DNA of 64,000 bases from Malacoraja senta. Taxonomy: Eukaryota. Below are positions 29,333 to 41,254 of this stretch, piece by piece. The notes beneath the pieces were generated by a model. It worked only from the letters and a program-made list of their open reading frames with translations, was not told the DNA's origin and ran no database searches. Where the stretch lies: the NCBI GenBank assembly GCA_038087875.1, contig CM075987.1, forward strand, positions 16,370,001-16,434,000, written 5' to 3'. A program made the translations under genes and the position numbers. Position 1 is the first letter of the stretch; every line of letters starts with the position of its first letter.

Positions 29333-29925
29333 AAGGAGGAGGAATGACTGGGGTGGGACAAGTGCTTGATTATATTGATTAGGATTCCTTTGGGTGTTCC
29401 AGTTTCTTCCCACATCATAAAAAGATGCATGTTGGTAGATGTGAGTGGCAGAATCTGGGTGGAGTTGATCAAAGCGTGGAGAGAATTTTAAAATGGGATT
29501 AGCACAGGTGGCTTGTTGATTGTCGGTGCAGACTTGCTGAGCCAAATGGCCTGTTTGGATTGATGTGAAAAAAAACCCAGCATGAAATAAGCCCTTCCAC
29601 CCACTGAGTCCACACCAACCATTGATCACACCAGTTCTCTGTTATCCCATTTCCCCCCATCTACTCGACACACATTCGGGGCAATTTACAGGGGCCAATT
29701 ATCCTACATGCCCGCATGTCTTCGGGATGTGGGGGGGACCCCATGCGGTCACAGGGTGAACGTGCAAACTCCACTCGGACAAGGTCAGGATTGAACCGGG
29801 GTCTCTGGCTCCAAGGCAGCAGCTCGGCCAGTTGCACCACCCGATGTTTCTGGTTTCTGTGCCCGTCTCGCTACGACTCTTAAGCAAGGAGGGGGGAAGC
29901 CAGCAGTTGTTCCACAGCTCCTTAC

Positions 29926-29999
29926 CTGTCGGAGAGTTGATCAGCTGAAGAACGAGGGGTCTCCTGGTGACGATGCCGGATCCACGAGGAAGGAAGTCC
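29926..29999 (-). CDS. DNM1: Dynamin-1-like exon 2 ([24 protein letters not shown]); G2 Thr65
   Basis: Acceptor ttgcag|G and donor G|gtaagg; 74 nt; phase 2 to phase 1, in frame with exons 1 and 3. Too short to appear in the ORF track. Confidence 0.95.
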
Positions 30000-30420
30000 C
30001 TGCAATGAAGAGCAGGACACTGGTGAACATTGTTTCACACACAGAGGCACCGGCGGCAGCTCAAACATGCCACACAGTTTCAGTTTAGTTTATTTTTTAT
30101 TGTCACTTGTACTGAGGTACAGCGAAAAGCTTTTGTTGCGTGTTAACCAGTCACTGGACATAGGCTTTAGGATTGTTAGCCAACAAGGAGGAGGCAGGGT
30201 TTTTAAAGTACTAGGTGGCTGGCTTTGTATTCCACAGAGAATTTAGCAAATACAAGGCGAATTATAAAAGAATGCTGCAGAGGTTGAAAATCCGAAATTT
30301 AAAAAAAAAGAAATTGCTGGAAACACTGAGTGGGTCAGTGAGCATCTGGGGAAAGTGAAACGGAGTTAACATCAGCTCTGAACATTCTTGGACTTAAAAT
30401 GATTACAGTTTCATCTGCTG

Positions 30421-30972
30421 TGCGGCATGGTGGCTCAGCGGTAGAGTTGCTGCCTTAAGGGCCTGTCCCACTTGGGCGTTATTTGCGCGTCACGTGAATC
30501 CCAAAATCCTGGCGCGTTGTGTGTGACCGTGCGTCACTGCTTACGCCACCACGTCTCACCACATGCCATGTGCGCGTAATGCACGCCATGCGCGCGTTAC
30601 GTGCGCATTACGTGTGCGTCATGACGTCTGCGTGATGCGTAAATGATGCTGCGTCGTGCGTCATGACGCGTAAATGATGCGCAAATAACGCCAAAGTGGG
30701 ACAGGCCCTTTACAGCGCTTGCAGCGCTGGAGACCCGGGTTCGATCCCGACTACGAGTGCTGTCTGTATGGAGTTTGTACGTTCTCCCCGTGAACTGCGT
30801 GGGTTTTCTCCCACACTCCAAAGACATACAGGTATGTTAGTAAATCGGCTTGGTAAATGTAAAAAATTGTCCCTAGGTGTGTGTATGGGATGGTGTTAAT
30901 ATGCGGGGATCACTGGTCGGCGCGGACCCGGTGGGCCGAAGGGCCTGTTTCCGAGCTGTATCTCTAAACTAA
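30421..30972 (+). mobile_element. HE1-like V-SINE split by a MITE insertion
   Basis: SINE head at 30421-30457 and the remainder at 30713-30972. Confidence 0.88.
30458..30709. mobile_element. PIF/Harbinger-type MITE
   Basis: About 35-bp TIRs (AGGGCCTGTCCCACTT...AAGTGGGACAGGCCCT) with TTA duplicated on both sides. Confidence 0.85.
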
Positions 30973-31732
30973 ATCTTCTCTCTCCCTCCTCTGCATCCCA
31001 CTTCCTTGTTATTAATGTGCCCCCCCCTCCATCCATGTCCCCCCCTTTCTTCCTCTCTCCTCCCCGCATCCATGTTTTCCTCCCTCTTTCTCTCCCCACA
31101 CCCTGCCTGTCTGTCTCTCACCCTTTATCTCCCTCCCTCCAGGATCTGTGCTTCCCCCTCTCTGTTTTGGTGAAGTGCGAGCCAGTGGGGTGGGGTTTAG
31201 ATATGGAGTGAGAGGGTAGATCAGGCTGGGCTAAACAGAAGCATGTCTCCCAGCTTTGACTCGTGGCATCACCACCATTTTAATCCATTCACAAATAAGA
31301 TCTTCACATCCAGCTGGAACTGCATCTTGTTCTGTTTTTTATTATATATCAAATTCTCCTTTCAAGCCCATTATTGAATAGATTTCCTTTCAGCCTCAGA
31401 TCCCAAAGTAAAGCCATCACTTATCTCCCCACGTGATCCTGCATCAACTATCCCAAACCTGTTGGCGTGGACCACTGGGTATATCTCCATCTTACCAGCC
31501 TTGTCCCAGTGCCTCAGTTTGTTGAAGATCTGTCAAAACTCCCCTCACCCTTCACACATCCAAAGCTAACGACCCAGCTTCTCCATCCCTTCACAAATAC
31601 TTCACATGTGGAACAGCCGTCCCAAATAAGTTTGCAGAGTGCCGTGTATTTGGGCCTTCATGGTCAGATCAAGATTCCTGCACTTACAACAACTGAGACT
31701 TGAAAATGGCACCAAACTGGCGACCCTTTAAC

Positions 31733-32151
31733 CAGGGGTGGGCAACCTTGTTCTGCATAGGGGCCGGGACGCCTGTCTGTGAGCGGATGGCGGGACACAT
31801 CTATCACGTGTACATATGGATCCCGCCCCCATCCCGCCCCGGATGGCAGGCATCAAATCACGTGTTCACAGAAGGTAGACAAAAATGCTGGAGAAACTCA
31901 GCGGGTGAGGCAGCCTCATGCAATCCTTGCATGTCTCACCCGCTGGGTTTCTCCAGCATTTTTGTCTACCTTCGATTTTTCCAGCATCTTTCTTAAATGT
32001 GTTCACAGAAGGTGCGCGGACATGCCGGCAGCTTTGCGCTGGATGCAGTACAGCCAGAGCTCGGCCGCGCTCGAGGCGGGCACTCGGCGGGCCGGATGAA
32101 TACGGATTACGGGCCGTATTTGGCCCGTGGGCCGTAGGTTGCCAACCCCTG
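31733..32151. mobile_element. hAT (Charlie-like) non-autonomous DNA transposon with a nested insertion
   Basis: TIRs CAGGGGTGGGCAACCT / AGGTTGCCAACCCCTG and subterminal GGGCCG repeats. The 8-bp flanks are only partly matching. Confidence 0.7.
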
Positions 32152-33013
32152 CTCTATACAGAAGATCGACACAAAATGCTGGAGCTACTCGGCTGGAGAG
32201 GCAGCATCTCTGGAGAGAAGGAATGGGTGACGTTTTGGGTCGAGACACATCTTCAGACTCTAATCACTCTACACCTCCATCCCCCAACCAGGAAGTCTTA
32301 ATGCCTTCCATTTCTTCTTACTTACCTGGACTCTGTACATGGTCTCAGTGTACAACTGCTATACACTTGTACTGAATCTGGGATGCTGATCCAACGTATT
32401 TAAGTGCTTATGTATAGTTATACTTGCACTAAAATGCGTACACAAAATGCATTTCACTGTACCTCGGCACATGTGACAAATTAAGGACCATACCATAGAA
32501 TAAGGTACAAAAATGTATTGGTAGTTGTAAAGCTGCACTCTCGTTAAGTACGGAGTCAAATGGTTGACTGCTGCCAATTGTTGCAATGGTCTGTGCAAGC
32601 TTTCCAAATCACCCTGGGAAAGCCCTCGAATTCAACATCTGCGCTGTGCTGAGTTCGAATCAGAGTCTGTTAAATTTCTCAGCTGCAAGAATATACCTAA
32701 AAGGTCTGGTGGTGTGTGTAGCTCCCGTCAGGCAGAAGATACAGAAGCTTGAAAGCGCGCACCACTAGACTTGGGAGCAGTTGCTTTCCCTCTGTTATCA
32801 GGTTTCTGAACAGTCCTTCCATAAACGATGGTACCGGCCCGATTCTGCTTTCTACCTCAATACAGACATTGGTCTCTTGAACTGTTGTGTTACAATGCAG
32901 AGAACTACTGTATATTGTGAATTCTGTAATCTTCCCCTTTGCTCTATATATTGTACTCTCACTTAACTTGACTGCATTTATGTGTAGTATTAGCCGACCC
33001 TATTGGATAGCAT

Positions 33014-33318
33014 GCACGGTGGCGCAGCGGTAGAGTTGCTGCCTTACAGCGCTTGCAGCCCTGGAGACCCGGGTTCGATCCCAACTACGGGTGCTGTCTG
33101 TACGGAGTTTGTACGTTCTCCCCGTGACCTGCATGGGTTTTCTCCGAAATCTTCAGTTTCCTCCCACGCTCCAAAGACGTGCAGGTTTGTAGGTTAATTG
33201 GCTTGGTGTAAATGTAAATTTAGTGTGTGTTGGATGGTGTTAATGTGCGGGGCTCACTGGTCGGCGCGGACCCGGTGGGCCAAAGGGCCTGTTTCCGCGC
33301 TGTATCTCTAAACTAAAA
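33014..33318 (+). mobile_element. HE1-like tRNA-derived V-SINE, near full length
   Basis: A box (tggcgcagcgg), B box (ggttcgatccc), V-domain (gtttgtacgttctccccgtg...tttcctccca), CR1-like 3' tail and (ctaaa)n. Confidence 0.88.
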
Positions 33319-34305
33319 AGACAAAGCTCTTCACTGTTCCTCGGTACACACGAGAAGAATAAACCGAAATCGCCACAAAAATACCAGATACTGTACAGGC
33401 GACAAGAATGTGAGTGAATGTCGTTTTACAAAGTGCAGCAACTCCAGGGACAGGCACATGTGTTATCCATTAGCTTAGCATGATTAATAACCCTACGTGC
33501 CACAATGGATGTGCCAGTGCACCGTACTATCATATAAAAATATCACTGCCTTCGATAAGCCGACTCACAGTCCTGTACTTTCCCAATCTACCTTGGTGGC
33601 CAACACCAAGCCTTCCCAGTTAGCTTTATTCAGATTCTAGGACCAGTTGTTACTAAATCATTCTCAATCTTTATATAACATTCTATCATAATCTAATTAA
33701 TGTTTCCTAAAGGCTTTAACGGCCAGATCATCAATTAACCTTTTTCATGACACATCTCATACACTATGGATCTAAAATAACTCCCTGTGGTTCTTCATCA
33801 TCTGCTGACCTAGAAAATCTTCCACCAAGAACATATCCTCTTCATTGCAGCTTTCATTTGCTTTGTCCATCTTTATATAGATTCAAGCCCAGGTGTATTA
33901 TGCGGGTTACAAGCATCCCATCTCTCTCGACATACATCGTGTCCTTCATGATATACATTCCCAATATACAGCAAGTTATTTGAGCCCTATACAGTATACA
34001 ACTGCCACCATTGGTTTCTATCATCCACTGTTTAATAGTTTCACTCAGACTGAGGACTTGATTTACTAATCTGTCCCTCGACCATTTTCACATAATTGTT
34101 GCCCCCCCACTCCAATCAGAAGGGTCCCAGCACAGAACATTGCCTGTCCATTCCTTCCCCACGGATGCTGCCTGACCCTCTGAACTTATCCAGCACTTTG
34201 TGATTGACTCAAGATTGCAGCATCTGCAGTTCCTTGTGTCTGCAGGTATATTCTTCTATATCTGTTGGCACTGCCTTCTGACAGACCCAAGTGATCTGTT
34301 GCCCA

Positions 34306-34400
34306 AGATAGACACAAAATGCTGGACTAACTCGGCGGGACAGGCAGCATCTCCGGAGAGAAGGAATCGATGACGTTTCGGGTCGAGACCTTTCTTCAGA
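34306..34400 (-). mobile_element. Short Penelope-type element beginning with a hammerhead-like motif
   Basis: 95-bp insert flanked by the 12-bp direct repeat ATCTGTTGCCCA (34294-34305 and 34401-34412). Confidence 0.75.
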
Positions 34401-35814
34401 ATCTGTTGCCCATTTAGCTACCCTGCACTATCAGATTCTCATTTAAGGGCCTGTCCCACTTTCACGACCTAATTCACGCCCTTTTTTACTCGTGGACATT
34501 TTTCATCATGTTGAAAAAATCCCACCTCCTTTTCACAAGATTGTGAGTTAAAAGGAGTAGAATTAAGCCATTCGGCCCATGGAGTCTACTCCGTCATTCA
34601 ATCATGGCCGCCCTCTGCCTCCTAAACCCATTTTCCTGCCTTCTCCCCATAACCCTCGACACCATTCTAATCAAGAATTTTGTCTATCTCGGCTTTAAAA
34701 ATATCCAGTGACTTGGCCTCCTTCAACCCTCTGTGGCACAGATTAACTACCATCTGACTAAAGAAGTTCCTCCTCACCTCCTTTCTAAAAGAGCGCCCTT
34801 TAATTCCGAGGCTGCGACCCGAAATATTTCATTTCCATCTTTGGCCATTTTGCAATGACAGTACATCACTAGAACAACTATTAGATGACATTCATTAATT
34901 TATGAATGTGTCATTTATTCAGCGACTGTTGCAAATGCTGCATCTGTTCAGAGCATGTTGTCAGCTTCTCTTTGCCCCATATATTCCCTGTTTCTGCATC
35001 CAACTGCAGGTATAATCCTGTCCATCGCATTCCACCCGACTAGGTTACAACCCAACAGTATGAACAATTCATTTTACAATATCACGTAATACACACGACC
35101 CTCCCTCTTTCTCCTACCCACCCACCCCCCCACACCCCCATGCCAGTGGGCTCCCATTTCTCCCACCACCTCAATCACCCTTCTCCTTTCCCCTTCTCAA
35201 CAGGGTCATCTCCCATCCCGAGCCCCACATTTCCCTTTGATATTGCTATCCGCTCCTCGTCATCTCCCTCCTCCCACATCCCTCCCTCTAGCTTTACATT
35301 TCGCCCCTCTTCTCTCCATACCAGACACCCTTCTAGTCTCCTTTCTCATCTCCAGCCTGTGTCACTCACTCCACCCACCTGCCAATAACTCCACCTCACC
35401 TGTATCCATCTATCACTTGCCAGACTTTGTCCCACCCCTCCCTCCCCCTCACTTTACCAGCTTTCTCCCCCCCCCCCACTCCAATCAGAAGGGTCCCAGC
35501 ACAGAACATTGCCTGTCCATTCCTTCCCCATGGATGCTGCCTGACCCTCTGAACTTATCCAGCACTTTGTGTTTGACTCAAGATTGCAGCATCTGCAGTT
35601 CCTATTGTCTGCAGGTATATTCTTCTATATCTGTTGGCACTGCCTTCTGACAGACCCAAGTGATCTGTTGCCCAAGATAGACACAAAATGCTGGACTAAC
35701 TCGGCGGGACAGGCAGCATCTCCGGAGAGAAGGAATGGATGATGTTTCGGGTCGACACCCTTCTTCAGAATCTGTTGCCCATTTAGCTACCCTGCACTAT
35801 CAGATTCTCATTTA

Positions 35815-36040
35815 AGGCCTGTCCCACTTTCACGACCTAATCCACGACCTTTTTTACTCGTGGACAATTTTCATCATGTTGAAAAAATGCCCCGACCTAC
35901 TTGATGCCACGAGTACCTACGACTACCATCACGACCTCCTACGACCAACCTATGACCTCGTGAAGACCTTGCTGCGAGTATGAGTCAAGGGCAAACTCGG
36001 CAGGGGTCGTGAATTAGGTCGTGAAAGTGGGACAGGCCCT
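35815..36040. mobile_element. PIF/Harbinger-type MITE
   Basis: TIRs GGCCTGTCCCACTTTCACGACCTAAT / ATTAGGTCGTGAAAGTGGGACAGGCC. A left-end-only copy is at 34446-34520. Confidence 0.8.
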
Positions 36041-39000
36041 TAACTGTCAACATTTCCATTCACCTGAGCACCCTCTATTCCCCATCTCTATTGCACAAAT
36101 TATTCCCATTTTTAAGCTTCAAAACCTGTCCCTTCTATAGGAGAAACCAAGAAAGGTGTTTGCACAAGGAAATTCCCACAATCAAGCTTCAACATTAACC
36201 TGTAGCCATTTCAAGCCCCAACCCACAGACAAAGAAGTCAACCACGCCATTCAGTCCAGCTCGGGAATTCCAGCGAAGATCTACTTCACCAGTCCAAACT
36301 AGTTTTAGCTGAAAATTTAAGTATTCCCCCATTGACCAAGATTTGCCGTTTTTGCAATGCAGGTTTTGGGAAGCCGCAGTAACTTCAAAACACATCTGGT
36401 GGCGCTGCTGAGCCATTTAGAGTATTTCTGGCTTCAAGTGACAATCCATGACTGCACCTTGTCTCTGCTTCTTGGATGCTCAAGCCTTTTCCAGGATAAT
36501 TTTTGAATAACCAAAACAAACAAAAAAAAATCATAAAGCGCCCAACCCCAAAACATCAGTAAAATCCATTCCCTCCCCAGATGCTGCCCGACTTGCCGAG
36601 TTCTTTCAGCATTTTGAGTTTTGTTCACGGTTCCAGCATCTGCAGTTCCTAGTGTCTCAATATTGATAATGACTCCAGCTGATAACAACTACGAGCAGAA
36701 ATAACAGCAAAAATAGGCAGGAGTGCTTATTGGACATTTCTTTTAGGTGCACCAATTTTCCAACTGCTAATTTCCAGTAAGAGATTTTCCAACCAAGAGA
36801 GAAAATATGATGAATGTGGCGAATGAATTGTCCTCAAACATTTTGATTTGGATCCCCATATCAACATTGCTGATTCTAGAACTATTTGCCGTCGACGTCT
36901 CAATGCAGACTTCATCCAACATTTAGCACAGAATTTTTCCAACTGATTTGGAGTTACTTGTTCAAAACCAGTTTGCACAAAAAAGACTGAACACTCAGAA
37001 ATAGATTCCAATGGTAAAATAAAACATCACCATCCAGACATCTTCTGATAAGGATTGCAGTCAGAATTCGAAAGTTGTCTTGTATAGTTTGCATCATCAT
37101 CTCCCAGCACCTCAGTCACCCTGCAGGAGAGGAGGCCAGCATTGAAACTCCGGAAATTCCTCATTGAGGGATAGATAATGCTTGGGAGGCAAGGATGCTC
37201 TTCTCCACTTCCTTAAAAGATTGAAGAGGTTCGATACTCAAGCTTCTACAGGTTTATGGTAAAGAGCACATTGACCTGGTTTGGCAAATCCAATGCCCAG
37301 GACAAAAGGTGATGACAAAAAGTGATCAACACTGCCCGGTCCATCACAGGTACTCACCTCCCCACCCTTGAAAGGCTCTATAGGAGACACTGCTTCAAAG
37401 GCAGCCAGCATCAAAATGCCCACACCACCCTGGCCATGCTCTCATTTCACCTCTGCCATCGGTAAGGTGGTACAGGAGCCCGAAAAACCGTGACCACCAA
37501 GTTCAAGAACATCTTCATCCCGACAAAAGTCAAGCTCTTCAATACTACAAAGCATTAACTAAACTATGACCTGTCTTGGTTGCACCAAGGACTCCGTTTC
37601 TTTTTTCGCAATACTATCAGGGTTATTAGAAACATTGAAAATAGATGCAGGCATAGGCCATTCAGCCCTTCGAGCCAGTACCAACATTCAATATGATCAT
37701 GGCTGATCATCCAAAATCAGTACCCCATCCTGCTTTCTCCCCATACCCCTTGACACCGTTAGCCCGAAGAGCTATATCCAACTCTCTCTTGAAAACATCC
37801 AGTGAATTGGCTTCCACTACCAATCAGTCAGAATCTCCGCCACCCAGCCCCCCCCCCCACCCCCCCAACCCAACCCAGGGTGGAAATGTCATGGACTGGA
37901 GGGCATAGCTTTAACATGAGAAGTTTCAATGCGATGTGTAGGGCAGGTTTGCAGGGTGATGGGTATCTGAGGGCTGGTGGAGGCAGATATGATAGGGACA
38001 TTTGGAAGGCTTTTAGAAAGACACATGGTCTGCCTATATGGAGGGATATGGATCACCTGCACACATAGGAGATTAGTTGAACTTAGCAACATGTTCGACA
38101 CAGACATTGTGAGCCAAAGGGCCTGTTCCTGTGCTGTACCGTTCTATGTGCCTGTATTGAATTAAAACACACGCAAGATAAATGAAAGGCCTCCAAAATG
38201 GGAGACGTTTGCTGTAAACAGAATCTGACTTGTAGAACCCAGGCACGCATCAGTCAGTGGAGCTCAGCCTTACACCAAGAGCCCACATAGACCGGAGCCA
38301 CCGACAGCAGGAATCAGAACAAGCTGGAGAGGGTGCATTGCAGAAGGATTGTCCACACAAGGCACCAACCTGCAGGGGGACTTCTCACTGCCAGAGTGGG
38401 AGGGGGGGGGGGGGGGACATGAATAACATTCAAATCACATCAACGTTTGCAGTGTTCTCCATGACAGACTAAAACTGACAAGCAGAGGAGATGCTGAAGG
38501 GCAAGTTGCCTGCAGCAAAAGCATCTGTTTAAGACGAGAATCTTGTACGCTCTACACCAGAAAATGACTGAAACAGAAATTAAACAATGGTGAAAACACT
38601 CGGTACGTCAGACAGCATCTGTGAAGGGAGGAACCGGGTGAACATATCGAGACCACGACCCTTTGTCAGATCTTGGCCCACAACACAAAAGGCAAGTGTC
38701 CGTCGCTTAATACTAGGATATGAAAGAGTCTCCAGCTTGGGAATTAGGTTTGGAAGGAAGACCCTGGCTACTTCCATGATGTTTCTCGTCTCTCTGGACA
38801 CTAAAGTGTCAGGGTCTTCCTTCCAAACGTAATTCCCAGGCTGGAGACTCTTCCATATCCTAGTCAAACTGTGGACTCCAGAGACAGACAGTGTCATGTC
38901 TACAGTGGGTTTAGGTGAAGAAGGTGGAGATGCACAAAACAAGTGACCTCAGCAACTCCAAGCTCGCCAGGATATTGACCACTGGGCAACTCCATCTACT

Positions 39001-39494
39001 GGGGGGGGGGGGGGGGGAACTGGGGAAAGGGCAGCACACAGAGGGGGAACAACATTTAATTTGCCACCTCATGGCCCATGTACTTTTTTAAATCTGTATT
39101 TTCTCTGTAGCTGTGTAACATTATATTCTGTACTCCATTTCCTTTCTCTTTTTGCACAACCCCTTTTGCTTGTGTAGGGTTCAATTGGTATGATTTAGTC
39201 CGATAATATGCAAATCAAAGCCTTTCATTGTATCGCGATGCACGTGACAACTATTGGTTAACACCTGAGAGAGCAGAGTGTAACTTCAGAAAGAAATTGA
39301 AGCATTTTCCATATCAAGAACAGGAACAAGAATGAAGTTCTGATCCAAGTGATCAATGCAAGAGTCTTGCTGTTTAAGAAGGAACTGCAGATACTGGAAA
39401 ATTGAAGGTAGACAAAACTGCTGGAGAAACTCAGCGGGTGAGGCAGCATCTATGGAGCGAAGGAAATAGGCAACGTTTTGGGTCGAAACCCTTC

Positions 39495-39694
39495 NNNNNN
39501 NNNNNNNNNNNNNNNNNNNNNNNNNNNNNNNNNNNNNNNNNNNNNNNNNNNNNNNNNNNNNNNNNNNNNNNNNNNNNNNNNNNNNNNNNNNNNNNNNNNN
39601 NNNNNNNNNNNNNNNNNNNNNNNNNNNNNNNNNNNNNNNNNNNNNNNNNNNNNNNNNNNNNNNNNNNNNNNNNNNNNNNNNNNNNNNNNNNNNN
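39495..39694. other. Assembly gap (200 N)
   Basis: Run of N that begins inside a Penelope-type repeat. Confidence 1.
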
Positions 39695-40944
39695 GTGTAC
39701 ACGTTAAACATTCCAGTGGATTCATAGGGAAGTCTTAACATGGGGAGAAGCCAACAGACTGGGGAGCAAGAGCACAACTGGCCCTGAAAGCAGGAGTTTA
39801 GAGGAGTTATTAGTCACAGTGGCCACATATACAACTGGGGATCACATTTCACGGCGTTTCAGCTCGTGTAGAAGTGCAGTTTCATTGCAAGGGTTTTTAC
39901 AGTGGGGAAACTGCAAATTCCCAGACTTCAATCCTGCCCAATTCCTGTGAAGCTTCCTGTTGAGAAGGTTTAGAGCGAGCTAATGGCACGGAGGAAGGAA
40001 GAGAGAGGAAGGAAGAAGTACAAATGCAGGGGCACCACAGCCAAGAACGGTGAAGGGATGGGGAAGGGGTGGGGGGGGAGGGGGGTATGTGGAATGAAGT
40101 TCCTTTCGGTTAAAGTTCAGCTGATGCAGCACCAGCCACACTATCACGTGCTTTGTAGGTACAGCATATGACACGATACAACTTTATTTATCCCAGGAGG
40201 GAAATTGATCTGCCAACAGTCATAAAAACACACAATACATGAAATTAAAGTGATGAGTGGAAAGGATTGGGGATGTGCAAAGATTGGGGAGGGGGCGGGG
40301 AGTCAGTCTCAGTCTACCCCACGACAGAAGGGGAGGAGTTGTACAGTTTGATAGCCACAGGGACGAAGGATCTCCTGAGTCTGCATCTTGGTGGAACCGG
40401 TCTGTTGCTGAAGGTGCTCCTCCACACAGCATCAGTGTACCATTGGAACGTGCAGGTTCGAAGCGGCAACTTGGTGTCCATTGGCTTAGCGATTCAGGTC
40501 AGTCACTCCATCGCCACAGCCACACCTCAGTAAATACATTGGCTTAAATTAGGAGATTTTGAATTTAAGTCCTAGCCCAGTACAGGAGTAAAGTCCATGT
40601 TAAGCCTTCAAGGCAATGCTGCCACGTCAGAGGAGCCAACCTCCAGATGAGGTGAACAGCCTGCCTTCTCAGAAGCAAGTGATATGTTTCAGGGAACCAT
40701 CGTAAGGAATGGCATGTGCATTCCCCTGGTGTCCTGTCCCACACTTATCCCTTAATCATCGCTCAGAGCAGTTGATCTGCTGGTTATCACATCAAGTGCC
40801 ATCAGCCACCATTCTCACCAACGTACATCATCAGTCCCTGTCACTTTACCCATAGCTCTACCATGTCCCACAAAGGTAGTGGTATTCCTCATTTTGTCCT
40901 CTTGATTTAATTGCTCCAAATTTGGCAGACGTGCATTTAGCAGT

Positions 40945-41254
40945 GGGCGGCACGGTGACGCAGTGGTTAGAGTTGCTGCCTCACAGCGCCAGAGACCCGG
41001 GTTCAATCCCGAGAACGGGTGCTCTCTGTATGGAGTTTGCACGTTCTCCCCGTGACCTGCGTGGGTTTTCTCAGAGATCATCGGTTTCCTCCCACACTCC
41101 AAAGACGTACGGGGTTGCAGGTTAATTGGCTTGGTATAAATGTAAATTGTCCCTAGTGTGTGTAGGATAGTGTCAATGTGCGGGGACCGCTGGTCAGCGC
41201 AGACTCGGTGGTCTGTAGGGCCTGTTTCCGCGTTGTATCTCTAAACTAAACTAA
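40945..41254 (+). mobile_element. HE1-like V-SINE
   Basis: Full A box, B box, V-domain and tail. Confidence 0.88.

Noticed and set aside
33014..33090. tRNA-like A/B boxes
   Set aside because: These are SINE heads followed by a V-domain and LINE tail, not tRNA genes.
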